A DNA stretch of 64,000 nucleotides from a virus. A model generated the notes under the pieces. The model had not been told where the DNA came from. It did not search any database and saw nothing but the letters and a program-made list of their open reading frames with translations. How positions within the stretch are numbered: position 1 is the first letter of the stretch; each line of letters begins with the position of its first letter. A program made the translations under genes and the position numbers. Location of the stretch: the IMG/VR virus record IMGVR_UViG_3300047472_000449; one strand, written 5' to 3'. Below are positions 1 to 10,083 of the stretch, one piece after another.

Positions 1-118
1 CAAAACCATCAATAAGTGTCAATGTCAGTGACAGCGCTTGTCGCAGTAGAATTGATGGCTTGCGGGAGGGAGTGAGGTGACATACCAACTTAGCGGCCAC
101 CTTTTTAGGCATTTGCGG

Positions 119-361
119 TCAATCTTCGTCCCAGTGGCCGGTCTGACCGACGATGTGCCAATTTCCGCCGTTCGTATACGTCCTGCCGAAGGTGGAGACA
201 TTGAACTGAACACCCACATCGTCTACCAGCGAATAGAGCCCGATGTCTGCATTGATCAGCACTGCCTTGTATGGCGTGGCCAGCGTCAACTGATACTTCC
301 CTTTGGCAGAAGGTGGGTATTTATCGAATACAATTTCAATTTCTGCCAGTCGCAAGCTCAT
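119..361 (-). CDS. hypothetical protein (80 aa)
   Basis: ORF directly downstream of a perfect TTGACA-N17-TATAAT promoter. Confidence 0.65.
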   Translation of the reverse strand: MSLRLAEIEIVFDKYPPSAKGKYQLTLATPYKAVLINADIGLYSLVDDVGVQFNVSTFGRTYTNGGNWHIVGQTGHWDED

Positions 362-397
362 GCTGCTTTACCCTGCCGATCACCATTTAGTGTGATC

Positions 398-436
398 ATT
401 ATAGGGCGAGCAGGCAATATTGTCAATGTCATTTTA
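398..436 (-). promoter_or_regulatory. sigma70 promoter with degenerate palindromic operator
   Basis: TTGACA(426-421)-N17-TATAAT(403-398); GTCAAT GTC ATTTTA at 422-436. Confidence 0.8.
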
Positions 437-476
437 CATTGAGTGTTTTAAGGTTGTACCGGCTCACGCGGGCCAA

Positions 477-1070
477 TTATGCCGCAATGGGCTGGCGCAC
501 GGCGTCGGTGTGTTGAGTGACGTTGACGGCTTTCAGGATCTGATGCGGGAAAAAGGCCCGCATGCTGCCCAAGCCGACATGCTCGTAAAACCAAAGATGC
601 TTAACTTTTTCCATGCGCAGGCGCGCTTGGTTAAAGGGGTTGTGAAGCCACAGCCAAGGCTTGAGCAGGCAGGTACTGGTCTCGCTCTCCTGCACCAGAA
701 CCTCTGTCAGTGGGCGCCCGTAGTTATAGTGCATCTGCCCCAGATCAGCGATGCGCGCTTTGGCTTTGAGGTCGTGGTGATCGGCCATCCAGGCATCCAG
801 AATGCCCTGCCACTGCACCAGCAGCTGCGTAGTGACGTTGGTGGTGCTCAGCTCACTGAGGGCCACCACATGGCGTTCTTCGGAGTGGCCCCAGAGTTCC
901 AGAGTCAACAGGCGGCGCCGGTAACCCAGAACCTTCATTTTGTTGTAGACCACAGTATTTGCTTCAAACGGCAAATGCGGGCACTGGATGGCGATGGCCC
1001 GGTCAAGCAGGACGACCACTTGATGGCTGAGTTGCCAGTTACGCCAGATGCGTGTCAGGGATTTGAACAT
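477..1070 (-). CDS. hypothetical protein (197 aa)
   Basis: long ORF 10 nt downstream of the 1081 gene, operon-like. Confidence 0.7.
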   Translation of the reverse strand: MFKSLTRIWRNWQLSHQVVVLLDRAIAIQCPHLPFEANTVVYNKMKVLGYRRRLLTLELWGHSEERHVVALSELSTTNVTTQLLVQWQGILDAWMADHHDLKAKARIADLGQMHYNYGRPLTEVLVQESETSTCLLKPWLWLHNPFNQARLRMEKVKHLWFYEHVGLGSMRAFFPHQILKAVNVTQHTDAVRQPIAA

Positions 1071-1080
1071 CGTGTTGTCC

Positions 1081-1914
1081 TCAGGAATGACTGACAGGAA
1101 CTACGCTGGCGTTTTCATAGCGACTCGCCAGCGCCGTAGCTGCATTGAACCCGGCTACTACAAACACGGCCTCCGGCTCACCTTTCCGGCGAATCAGCAC
1201 CGCATGCGGCGCACGATGAGAATCCTCGATCCATTGCCCGCCGAACAAATCAGCGGCACGTACATCCCTGTCCTTGTTCACTACCAGCTCTAGGAATTTA
1301 ACGGCCATTTCAACAGGGCTAAGCTTGGAAAGGCTATCGCTATGCCCTTCTGGACGCACTGAGAGTGGTTCGGCCTGGGGGCTTTTCATCAGCGCCTGCT
1401 GATGACCAATAATGTAAGTGTTGATGGCAGCTTGCAGATCCTGATGCTCTGGCAGCAGGCTGTTCAGGACGCGAGAGAGAAGCTCTTGAAGATTCGGCAG
1501 CTCGTAGGCCAGCCTGTCGAGGCGCGGCAATGGCATACGATCAAAAAAATCACGCTGCTGCGCCTCAGTCGGTGGCTTGCCAAATGGCATTAGCTTGGGC
1601 GATGAGCGCATACAGTGATTGATGGCGGCGAAGTACGCATTGGCGAACTTAAACACGTCATCGTGCGAGCGATTTCCATGCAGGTGGTGCTCGACAAACT
1701 CACGGGGGCTCGGTAGAGCCGCAGTTTCGCCTTCAAGGATAGGGCGCATCGTTGATGCCTGCTGCTTGAACAGGTGTGCCATTATCCGGTGCGAATTAAT
1801 GTACGCCACAACCTCTTGCCGGTCTTTGAACTCTTGCATCAGCAGCTCTTCAAGGCTGGGCATTTTGCCCACAATTCCGTCAATTTTCGGCTTGTAAGTG
1901 TAATAGGCGTACAT
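1081..1914 (-). CDS. hypothetical protein, paralog family A
   Basis: start moved to MYAYYTY (GGAG RBS; matches MHPYYTH of paralog 7634); shared C-terminal motif HAVLIRRKGEPEAVFVVAGFNAA. Confidence 0.8.
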   Translation of the reverse strand: MYAYYTYKPKIDGIVGKMPSLEELLMQEFKDRQEVVAYINSHRIMAHLFKQQASTMRPILEGETAALPSPREFVEHHLHGNRSHDDVFKFANAYFAAINHCMRSSPKLMPFGKPPTEAQQRDFFDRMPLPRLDRLAYELPNLQELLSRVLNSLLPEHQDLQAAINTYIIGHQQALMKSPQAEPLSVRPEGHSDSLSKLSPVEMAVKFLELVVNKDRDVRAADLFGGQWIEDSHRAPHAVLIRRKGEPEAVFVVAGFNAATALASRYENASVVPVSHS

Positions 1915-2019
1915 CAATAGCTCCGACTGTGCGGCTTGTTCTGAGGGTTTCATTATACGCCACCCGGCTAAATTGTCAATATGAATTACCATGCGGTGGG
2001 GTGGGCGCCCTCCCCTTGC

Positions 2020-2901
2020 TCAGCCAGAAAACACGATCAGGGTGATGATCATCAGCCCCAGCAACAGGCTGTCACGCAGGTTGTGCGTCTTGTTTTTCTC
2101 GACAATCCACGAATAGCCGTAGCTCACAAAAATGATTCCGACGTTTCTCAGGATGGTGTACGTCTCGATGGCTGAGTGCTTGATGACGTAGCTGCTCAGG
2201 TACAGGGAAATGACAAAACACGCCACGATTTGAGAAATCGGCTTGAGTCGTAAATCGGCTTCTTTGAGGCGTTTATGTTCGCCATTGCTGAGCGCCAACG
2301 TCAGGAAGGTGATGGAGCTGAAGACATTGGCGGCAATCAGGTAATTGATGGCGTTGTATTCTTGCACCATTCTGCCGCCCAGGATGATCGCTATGGAGCC
2401 AAACAGTACGTTGGCGACCAGCAGATCAGCGCGCTTGCAGGTCTTGTTCCTTAGTTTTTTGCTGTAAAACAAAATCGTCAACAGCAACATGCAGCCGACC
2501 ATCGCGTACATGGAATAAGGGCTGTCGTACTGCTCTTTGACGGCGTGTTTGAAGTCAAACAAGTCCGTTAGCAGTGGCGTGAGTATCGGTATGGCTGAGA
2601 TTACGAGGAAGTTCGAGAAATAAAACACCTCCATGTTTTTCTCATTGTGCTTTCGCCCTTCGACTTGAACCATCAGCATGGCCACATTGAAGATCTGGGC
2701 TAAATAAAACCGGTAATCCGATAGAAACGCAAAAGACTCGCTGTCTATTTCATGGCCGTGTGCTGCCAACAAGATGGCTGACGCACACAGGCAAATGATG
2801 ACGGAGCAGGTGTATTTCACACTATAAAATCTGTTCTGTATTTTTTGAATATGAATAGCCAGAATTAGCCCAGCGAAGAGCATTAAATTGACGAGCATCA
2901 T
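2020..2901 (-). CDS. polytopic membrane protein, possibly DMT/EamA-like transporter
   Basis: 293 aa with about 10 hydrophobic segments; AT-rich; family is inference from size and topology. Confidence 0.6.
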   Translation of the reverse strand: MMLVNLMLFAGLILAIHIQKIQNRFYSVKYTCSVIICLCASAILLAAHGHEIDSESFAFLSDYRFYLAQIFNVAMLMVQVEGRKHNEKNMEVFYFSNFLVISAIPILTPLLTDLFDFKHAVKEQYDSPYSMYAMVGCMLLLTILFYSKKLRNKTCKRADLLVANVLFGSIAIILGGRMVQEYNAINYLIAANVFSSITFLTLALSNGEHKRLKEADLRLKPISQIVACFVISLYLSSYVIKHSAIETYTILRNVGIIFVSYGYSWIVEKNKTHNLRDSLLLGLMIITLIVFSG

Positions 2902-3070
2902 CAGCCTGTAGGTTAGAGGAATTCAAGTCTTTGCTTGATTACTTATTATCTCACAAAAGCTTTTGTTCAATTGTCGCTGGAGTGGTTGCGGAAATAGCTC
3001 TTCGTGGTGAGTTACTATCAATTTGAGGTTGCTGATAGATAAAATCTACATAAGTGCTGGCTATGAGCCA

Positions 3071-3098
3071 TTGACACGCATCGACCAATCGCTATGAT
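3071..3098 (+). promoter_or_regulatory. sigma70 promoter of secreted peptide gene 1
   Basis: TTGACA-N16-TATGAT; no upstream operator half-site. Confidence 0.6.
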
Positions 3099-3200
3099 CA
3101 GCACACCAGCCAAGCGCAAACCGGCTGGCCCATTTTCTTAGCAGTTAGCAGGCCCTAAAAACCATGAACACCACTACCTGCTTGAGAAATGGAGATTCAC

Positions 3201-3443
3201 ATGAAATATTCCGTACTGGCTCTGACCCTGGCCCTGTCGATGTCCGCCTCTGCCCTCGCGCTGGCTGAAGAAGCCCCTATCGTCATCAGTGTGGCAGCGA
3301 ACGACGCCAAGCCCGCTGAGGTGGCCTCTCAGGCAACCAATGCGCCTGTTGTGAAGCAGATCACTGCGAAAGCCGAACATCGTTCGCTGTCCGGCGATGC
3401 GACCCGACCAAAAAATCTGAATTGGGATCTGCGCAATCGCTGA
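3201..3443 (+). CDS. secreted peptide 1 of LRNR-tail family (80 aa)
   Basis: GGAG RBS, Sec signal peptide (ALA|EE), ends ATRPKNLNWDLRNR. Confidence 0.85.
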   Translation: MKYSVLALTLALSMSASALALAEEAPIVISVAANDAKPAEVASQATNAPVVKQITAKAEHRSLSGDATRPKNLNWDLRNR

Positions 3444-3461
3444 TCAGCTCCTGCTGATATG

Positions 3462-3493
3462 AAAAAGCCCAAGCAGCGATGCTTGGGCTTTTT
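3462..3493. terminator. bidirectional intrinsic terminator
   Basis: AAAAAGCCCAAGCA-GCGA-TGCTTGGGCTTTTT between convergent genes. Confidence 0.85.
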
Positions 3494-3515
3494 GTTTACG
3501 GTGTATCAATCACTA

Positions 3516-6512
3516 TTAACCGCCACCTTGGCATACGCGGTTGCAGTAGTACGTGCCGGTAGCTTGCTGGTACTTTGGTTGTCCAGAGTAAGCTACGGTT
3601 TCTACGCGGTATGGAACCGCTGGATCGGCTGCCCAGCCACTGCCATTCCATGTGTAGCCAGCCGCGCCACGTTGCTGGTTACGGTAGCAGTAGGCAGTTT
3701 GAGTGAAGACCACGCCTTGGTTGTAGGACGAAGTAGCTGGTGCCCATCCACCACAGCTGTAGAAGTCACCTGCCCAAGCCCACGCTGAGAAATCCATCAG
3801 GTACGTTCTGTAGGTCGGCTGGCTGCCCAGCGTTTGTCCTTCAGCAACGGGGGCACCGACGTTACGATAAGCCCCTGTGTTGGTTTCATACTGACGATCT
3901 TGACGCGTACGGCTTTGGTTGACGTAGCAATAGGCCGTTTGGGTGAACTGCGTGGCAGTGGTGTAATTGCTAGGTGCCGGTGCAAAGGCGCCACAGCTGT
4001 ACAGGCCTGAAGAGTTGGCCCAAGCAGTGTACGTCGGAGTCGTGGCTACCCAGTTTTCTTTAGTGCCGGTTGCAGCACGAGTGCTCGGCTGATTACCCAC
4101 GGTCGTGTTTTCAGCTCTGTAAGGGCTGGCCGAATCCGGTGTCCATGAGCCATTGACCATGTAGTAGCCTGCACGACCACGCTGCATGTTTCTTTGGCAG
4201 TTGCTGGCCGATTGAGTAAATCCAGTACCCATGGTGACCGTGGATGGATCGGGTGACCAGTTGGTGCAGTTGTAAGGGTCACTGCTGAATACCCAGCCGT
4301 TGAAGTCTTCAAGGTAGGCACGGGTGTTGGATTGGCCTGTCGCAGTTTGTGTTTCGGCAACCGGCGACCCGCTATTGCGAATTGCCCCAGTGGTGGTCTC
4401 TGTTTCTCTGTTTTGTCTGCTGCGTGTCTGATCCACACTGCAATTGGTCGCAGTCTGAGTAAACTCTGTGCGTTCCGAGTAGGCGCTTCCCAGCGGTGCC
4501 CAGTTCGAGCAGTTGTACGGCGCTGCTACGTTGGCCCACGCGGTGTAGGCTGGTGTGGTGGCAACCCAAGTTTCCTTCACGCCAGTGGCGGTCTGGGTAT
4601 TGGTTTGACCTGTCAGTGTCTGAGCTTCTCCGGCTACAGTCACAGGTACGGTAGCGCCAGACTTATGATCCACATAGGACTCGGCACGGGTGCGCGTTTG
4701 ATCCTGTTTGCAGTCCGTGGCGGTCTGAGTAAAGCTCTGACCCACAGTGATGGTGGTCGGCGACGGAGACCAGTTCGAACAGGCATACTTGCCGTTGCTG
4801 TTTGTCCATGAACCCAGGGTCACGCTGTAAGTGCGAGTGGCCGACTGAGCGGTCAGGGTTTGGGCTTCAGCAACTACTGCACCTTTGTCACGGATGGCCA
4901 AGGTGGTGGACTCCTGCTCGCGATCCTGACGGTTGCGCGTCTGGTCAGTTTTGCAGTCGGTAGCCGTTTGAGTGAACGAACCTGTCGCCGTTTTGCTGGA
5001 GCCTGCTGGTGACCAGTTGCTGCACGCGTACTGACCGTTGGTGGTTGTCCACGCGGTGTACGTTGGGGTAGTCGCCATCCAGGTTTCTTTGGTGCCGGTC
5101 GCAGTCTGGGTGCTGGTCTGATTGCTCAGGGTTTGGCTTTCAACAGTGTTGCCTGCGGCGACAACAGATCCGGTTTTGTGATCGACATACGACTCAGTGC
5201 GAGCACGTTTTTGATCCTGTTTGCAGTCGGTTGCCGTCTGGGTGAAGCTCTGACCAATGGTGACAGTGGCCGGTGCCGGTGACCAGTTTGAGCAAGCGTA
5301 TTTCGCGCCGTTATCAGCCCAGGCAGCCAAGGTTACTGTGTAGCTGCGTGAGGCCGATTGACCTGTAAGCGTTTGTGCTTCAGCCACCGGAACGCCCTTG
5401 TTGCGGATCTCGCTGGTGTTCTGCTCCATTTCACGATCCTGACGCGTGCGCGCCTGATCGGTGGTGCAGTTGGTCGCGTTCTGCGTGAAAGTGCTGGTAC
5501 TGGTTTTGATCACCGGGTTCGGTGCCCAGTTGGTGCAGGCATTTTGCGCACTGGTATCGACCCAAGCAGTGTAAGTCGGTGTCGTGGCCATCCACTGCTC
5601 AAGCGTACCCGTCGATTCCTTGCTGCTGGCCTGACCGGTCAGCGTGCGGTTCTCGTTGGGCTTGGCTACTGGAACAACCAGATTGCTCTTATTGTCCTTG
5701 TAGGATTCAGCACGAGTACGGGTCTGATCCAGTTTGCAATCAGTGGCGTTCTGGGTGAATTTGATACCCTTGCCGATGGTTTCCACAGCCGGTGACCAGT
5801 TGGTACAGGCATAGCTTTCACCCACAGCTGTCCAGCTACCCAAGGTAACCGAATATGGCCGGGTCGCGGTCTGGCCATTCAGCGTCTGCTGCTCGGTGAT
5901 CGACTCGCCGTTGTTGCGAATTTCGGAGGTGAACTTCTCCTGTTCGCGTTCCTGGCGCTGGCGCTCCTGATCGGTTTTGCAAGTGCTGGAGGTTTGCGTG
6001 AAATTGCTTGTGGTGGAAAAGGTCGAAGGGTTTGGCGACCATGCCGTACAACCGTACAGCGCGTTGGTGTCGATCCAACTGGTGTAGGTCGGTGCAATGC
6101 CCAACCAGTTCTCCAGAATGCCGACCGCATCCCGCGTTGATGAGACGGTAACCTTCTGCTTGATCGTGTATCGAACGCCGTCCTTCACTTCTTCTTTGTT
6201 GATATTGTTCACACGATAATTCTGCGCACCTTTTTCCTGATCCTGAAGGCAGTCGGTCGCAGTTTGTGTGAAAGAAACACCCTTGCCCTGTGAGGACGTG
6301 GAGGGCGACCAGTTTGAACACCCGTACTTGTCGCCCACATCTTCCCACTGATCTTCGTACTTGGTGATCACCGTCCAGTTAGGTGGCAGATCTGACGAAA
6401 TCAGGGTGTAGTTGTAGCGAAATTTACTGGGTGATTCTGTTGCAGTTGCTGCATGGGCTCCCGTGGCGGTAGCGGCCACCAGGAATGCAAGGTGTAACGC
6501 GTGTAACTTCAT
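3516..6512 (-). CDS. secreted Cys/Trp-repeat adhesin-like protein 1 (998 aa)
   Basis: signal peptide MKLHALHLAFLVAATATGAHA; 11 modules with CxNWxP...FTQTATxC...QxRxR; short tip YYCNRVCQGGG. Confidence 0.85.
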   Translation of the reverse strand: MKLHALHLAFLVAATATGAHAATATESPSKFRYNYTLISSDLPPNWTVITKYEDQWEDVGDKYGCSNWSPSTSSQGKGVSFTQTATDCLQDQEKGAQNYRVNNINKEEVKDGVRYTIKQKVTVSSTRDAVGILENWLGIAPTYTSWIDTNALYGCTAWSPNPSTFSTTSNFTQTSSTCKTDQERQRQEREQEKFTSEIRNNGESITEQQTLNGQTATRPYSVTLGSWTAVGESYACTNWSPAVETIGKGIKFTQNATDCKLDQTRTRAESYKDNKSNLVVPVAKPNENRTLTGQASSKESTGTLEQWMATTPTYTAWVDTSAQNACTNWAPNPVIKTSTSTFTQNATNCTTDQARTRQDREMEQNTSEIRNKGVPVAEAQTLTGQSASRSYTVTLAAWADNGAKYACSNWSPAPATVTIGQSFTQTATDCKQDQKRARTESYVDHKTGSVVAAGNTVESQTLSNQTSTQTATGTKETWMATTPTYTAWTTTNGQYACSNWSPAGSSKTATGSFTQTATDCKTDQTRNRQDREQESTTLAIRDKGAVVAEAQTLTAQSATRTYSVTLGSWTNSNGKYACSNWSPSPTTITVGQSFTQTATDCKQDQTRTRAESYVDHKSGATVPVTVAGEAQTLTGQTNTQTATGVKETWVATTPAYTAWANVAAPYNCSNWAPLGSAYSERTEFTQTATNCSVDQTRSRQNRETETTTGAIRNSGSPVAETQTATGQSNTRAYLEDFNGWVFSSDPYNCTNWSPDPSTVTMGTGFTQSASNCQRNMQRGRAGYYMVNGSWTPDSASPYRAENTTVGNQPSTRAATGTKENWVATTPTYTAWANSSGLYSCGAFAPAPSNYTTATQFTQTAYCYVNQSRTRQDRQYETNTGAYRNVGAPVAEGQTLGSQPTYRTYLMDFSAWAWAGDFYSCGGWAPATSSYNQGVVFTQTAYCYRNQQRGAAGYTWNGSGWAADPAVPYRVETVAYSGQPKYQQATGTYYCNRVCQGGG

Positions 6513-6760
6513 AGCGCACCTTATAGGTTTAATGGCTTTTATTATCGCTACAATAATATCACGCAAAGCGAAGGAATTACTGATTAAACGGTTAACTGTT
6601 GATTTATTTTTACGTAAAACACAAAACTTCTTTACGAAATGAACAATAGTCCTTAATGATAATTGATTCGCATCAATTATCTGATTTTTGTCGTCTTGTA
6701 GTAGCGTGACTTTCTGTCATTTTAAGCCGTCTCTTTGATAACAACTCAAAGGAGTGGGTC

Positions 6761-7009
6761 ATGAACTTATGGCTTGTTGTGACGGTGTTAACAGCGGTTT
6801 TGAGGGCGACGAAAATCGAATCCATGGGAATGCGACACATCACGTGGTGCGTGGTTGCCCTGTGCCTTGCATTGTCCGTGGTGACTGCGGTTTTCGCATT
6901 GAACGCAGCCGGTCAGGCATTACTGATACCGGTGACCGTGGGGTTGGCGCTAACCTTGATGCTGATCGGCTACTTGGGCTATCTGTGCGGTGGTCTCAGC
7001 AGGCTCTAG
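6761..7009 (+). CDS. small membrane protein (paralog of 8654..8899)
   Basis: AAGGAG RBS, hydrophobic helices, MNLW start shared with paralog. Confidence 0.75.
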   Translation: MNLWLVVTVLTAVLRATKIESMGMRHITWCVVALCLALSVVTAVFALNAAGQALLIPVTVGLALTLMLIGYLGYLCGGLSRL

Positions 7010-7034
7010 TGGCAGAGCCTGCAAGCGGCACGGA

Positions 7035-7361
7035 TTATTGACCGGCGTGATCGATGTAAAAGGTGATCGGTGAGTGGTCGCTATTGCGGTAGGCATCACA
7101 GATCTGCTTGAGTTGTTCGCCGGAAGGTCTGGAAATGACCGTGCCCAGTCGGTCAATGTCCTGCCAGTCGAACTGCTCCCTGAACCATTGCATCCAGAAC
7201 TCAGGCTCTTCTGCTTTACGACGCGCCAGCATCGAATCAGCTTCAGCATCATCAATGTCATGTTGTGTCTTAAGCAAAGCGCGAAAGTCCGACCAGATGG
7301 CGTCGGCAGTGATTTCAAACACGCTGCCGCAAGGCGATTTCAAACGAAGTTTTTCACTCAT
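7035..7361 (-). CDS. hypothetical protein
   Basis: ATGA overlap with the upstream gene's stop codon. Confidence 0.7.
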   Translation of the reverse strand: MSEKLRLKSPCGSVFEITADAIWSDFRALLKTQHDIDDAEADSMLARRKAEEPEFWMQWFREQFDWQDIDRLGTVISRPSGEQLKQICDAYRNSDHSPITFYIDHAGQ

Positions 7362-7624
7362 GAGGCTTTTTGCTCCTGATCGATATCCAGTAGGTAGGCG
7401 AATTCGCCGGGATAATGAATCGGGCTGAATTCCCATTTCCAGCCTTGCTCTCCAGAATCCTTGCCCCAAGCATTGAGGCGCAGCTTCACAGGCGGTTGAG
7501 TGCCCTGTTCCACTTCAATGGTCAGCGCATTAAACAGTCCGCAGTGCTCATCGCTGATGATGATACCTTGGCGCCCATCGTCATGACGCATGGCGGCGCC
7601 TTTAAGATTTTTTACGTCAGACAT
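7358..7624 (-). CDS. hypothetical protein (88 aa)
   Basis: translationally coupled in operon 8482->7035. Confidence 0.65.
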   Translation of the reverse strand: MSDVKNLKGAAMRHDDGRQGIIISDEHCGLFNALTIEVEQGTQPPVKLRLNAWGKDSGEQGWKWEFSPIHYPGEFAYLLDIDQEQKAS

Positions 7625-7633
7625 ATTGATCCC

Positions 7634-8482
7634 TCACTGTTTGCTGGCGGGAATAATGATGGTGGTGGTGTCGCCTTCCAGGGTTGCTGCCAGATCAGCC
7701 GCTGCCTTGTAGCCAGTGGTGACATAAGCACGATCATCCTTACCTTCACGGCGCACCAGCACCACATGAGGCTCACTGTCGAACTGGTGTCGCAGGGCTA
7801 GACCAAACATGTCTGCGAATATGTCGGCTTTTGCCTCACCAAACTCATCTGCAAAAAACTGGAAAACCAACTCGCGAAAACTGGCGCCATTACTGAAGTC
7901 ACCGGTGAAATTGGGCTCCAGGGTAAATGGATCAAGGGACGGTGAGTCAGTCATGGTTTGAAAGTGGTTGGCAAAATAGTCGCTGACCGCTTGGTGGTTG
8001 GCTGTACTTTCGCCAGACCAGCGTTTTTGCAAAGCTACGGCAATGTCAAAAAGTGAAACCCGCGCCGCGAAACCAGTAACTGGGGGGTTGAAGCTGTAGT
8101 AATCCCGACGAGCATGCCCCGGTGGCCCAAAGGGTTCGGGCTCGGAAGCCATGGCTTTATCCAGCTGCTCAAAATACTGAGTGGTGTATTTGGCCGCATT
8201 GTTGAAGATGAACACGTCACCTTCGGCGTTCGCTTGAATGTAACCCTCGACCAGTTGGAAGGGCGAGAGGTTGCCGTTCTTCGCCAGCCAATTCCCGGCC
8301 CTGGGGCGCAGCATTTTTTCATCCACTTGTGGGTATCGAGCCGAAACACGGTGATCATCGATGTAATCACATACCTTTTGCTGGTCGCCTTCAAAGAACA
8401 GATTGAGCAGGTTTTCAAGACTTGGAACCGGGTCGCTGCCAAGAACCTTCACCATCGGTTGGTGAGTGTAATAAGGGTGCAT
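7634..8482 (-). CDS. hypothetical protein, paralog family A
   Basis: AAGGAG RBS before MHPYYTH; motifs PSLENLL, DPFTLEPN..SFRELV, HVVLVRREGKDDRAYVTTGYKAA. Confidence 0.8.
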   Translation of the reverse strand: MHPYYTHQPMVKVLGSDPVPSLENLLNLFFEGDQQKVCDYIDDHRVSARYPQVDEKMLRPRAGNWLAKNGNLSPFQLVEGYIQANAEGDVFIFNNAAKYTTQYFEQLDKAMASEPEPFGPPGHARRDYYSFNPPVTGFAARVSLFDIAVALQKRWSGESTANHQAVSDYFANHFQTMTDSPSLDPFTLEPNFTGDFSNGASFRELVFQFFADEFGEAKADIFADMFGLALRHQFDSEPHVVLVRREGKDDRAYVTTGYKAAADLAATLEGDTTTIIIPASKQ

Positions 8483-8519
8483 GAAAACTCCTTTCATCGA
8501 CATCGACTGGTATCGTTGA

Positions 8520-8558
8520 ATTATACCCACCAGCCACGTATTTGTCAATATGAATGAC
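8520..8558 (-). promoter_or_regulatory. sigma70 promoter + operator
   Basis: TTGACA-N17-TATAAT; GTCAAT ATG AATGAC at 8544-8558. Confidence 0.85.
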
Positions 8559-8653
8559 TGCACCACCCAAGAATTTGACCATTTAATAATGTGTAGTGTG
8601 ACGAAAGATCGGCATTGTCCGTCTACTGATAAACATGACAAAAAGGGATTTAC

Positions 8654-8899
8654 ATGAATCTTTGGTTTTGGGCAGCTGTTCTGACGACAATTTTTCGCGT
8701 TTTTAAACTTGAGCCCCTTGGGATCAAAGGGCTGTCGTGGCTGGTGATCGCTTTTTGCTTGATCCTGGCCGGTGTCACCGCCCTCTTCTCTTTTGGCATT
8801 CTGGGTCAGATCCTGCTGGTGCCGGTATTTATCGGTCTGATCTACGCGTTGTTTGCAGCGGGCATGATGTTTCGTCTTTTTGGCCGAAACCGCTATTAA
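8654..8899 (+). CDS. small membrane protein (paralog of 6761..7009)
   Basis: hydrophobic helices, MNLW start. Confidence 0.75.
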   Translation: MNLWFWAAVLTTIFRVFKLEPLGIKGLSWLVIAFCLILAGVTALFSFGILGQILLVPVFIGLIYALFAAGMMFRLFGRNRY

Positions 8900-8900
8900 C

Positions 8901-9422
8901 TCAGGGGAATTCGCGAGCTACCTGATGAATTATTGCTTGTGGTTCATCGGCCTTGTACTTCTCCAGAAAGTAATCCCGGAAGTTTTCTGCATTTTTCTCC
9001 CCAATAATCAGGTGCGCCGTGGTGGTCATGACCATTGAGCGTACATTGACGATGTACGGCTCCCAGTCCATTGCGTTCCTGATCGCCTGTTCGTATGCCT
9101 GACGATAGCTGTCAGGGTATTCATGCTTGGTTCTGTACACAGCCTGGATGATCTCTCTGAGGCTGTTTTTACCGTGTTTTTTTACTTCAAGGACATTGGG
9201 CCGCAGATCAAACGGATCGTCCATAGGGCGAGCCCGTAGAAGCCGCTGGTGTTGCTCCAGATAGTCTTTGACGGCGCTGTTCACAAACTCGGCTTTGACG
9301 CGACCGCTGAAAAACACCAACACCATTTTCTTGATGGAGTTTTCGGGGATTGGATGCTTCTTGAACAGGGGTTCATGGGTGTAAAAATCACACAAGGATT
9401 CCCAAGCTTCAATTTTGCTCAT
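8901..9422 (-). CDS. hypothetical protein, distant member of paralog family A
   Basis: DDPFDLRPN...SLREIIQAVY motif. Confidence 0.75.
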   Translation of the reverse strand: MSKIEAWESLCDFYTHEPLFKKHPIPENSIKKMVLVFFSGRVKAEFVNSAVKDYLEQHQRLLRARPMDDPFDLRPNVLEVKKHGKNSLREIIQAVYRTKHEYPDSYRQAYEQAIRNAMDWEPYIVNVRSMVMTTTAHLIIGEKNAENFRDYFLEKYKADEPQAIIHQVAREFP

Positions 9423-9486
9423 GATGATTAATTACTCTTTGTTTATCCTATTTTTAGCAAGGCTGGTGAGCTTTGCTTTTTGTTCA

Positions 9487-9876
9487 TCACTTAGAATTCT
9501 GGCCTGATTTATCAGCAACGCCGATGAGCTTTGCCTTTTGTTCAGCTGTCAAAAGTTTTAATAGTTGCTTATCACTGGAAAAAACTTTCGCTACATTGTC
9601 TTTCTCAGAATCATGCTCAGCTTTTGACACCAAGATGGACATACAATCAAGCCGTGGCGTTCCGCCATCCAAGCATTCTATCAGCGGGGTAAGCACTTTT
9701 TTGTTTAATTCAGATTGCTGGCTTGCCTTCTCAATATCCTTATCAATAGCAATGTTGTTGGTAAGATTAAAGACAGCCAAACACCCTGTTAGGATGAGCA
9801 AGGCCATCGAGAATGTCATTATTAAATCATGATTTATAAATCCATTAGACCGGCTCTTAACGTGCATATGTAGCAT
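9487..9876 (-). CDS. membrane-anchored hypothetical protein
   Basis: N-terminal hydrophobic helix, AT-rich. Confidence 0.6.
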   Translation of the reverse strand: MLHMHVKSRSNGFINHDLIMTFSMALLILTGCLAVFNLTNNIAIDKDIEKASQQSELNKKVLTPLIECLDGGTPRLDCMSILVSKAEHDSEKDNVAKVFSSDKQLLKLLTAEQKAKLIGVADKSGQNSK

Positions 9877-10083
9877 CCTAAAAATAAAACAATGATCACA
9901 TATGCGCGCAACTAATGCGACAATAATTTAGTGGAATTCACAGTCTTGAATTACTTTGAATAGATTCCTAACGCCCCCTCTTCGAGGGAATAAGCCAGCC
10001 GGTGCTTGCGCCTCTTCCCCGCACCTGTGAACGAAAAAAGGAGAGCCGTAGCTCTCCTATTATCCGATCACACTGGTGAGTGG

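Noticed and set aside
420-1094. Long plus-strand ORFs (also 14917..15660, 17592..18662, 45311..45988, 47589..48266, 52223..53425, 62705..63481) and minus-strand 22781..24229
   Set aside because: Antisense shadows of better-supported genes that have RBS, promoter or family motifs
1953-1992. Upstream starts given by the ORF track for the 1081 gene
   Set aside because: They overlap the promoter itself; RBS and paralog alignment support 1914
3516-6512. CRISPR array or DNA tandem repeat in the repeat-protein genes
   Set aside because: Repeats are degenerate, in frame and conserved at protein level; no repeat-spacer pattern or cas genes
6761-8899. Holins
   Set aside because: No endolysin or spanin nearby; only hydrophobicity supports it
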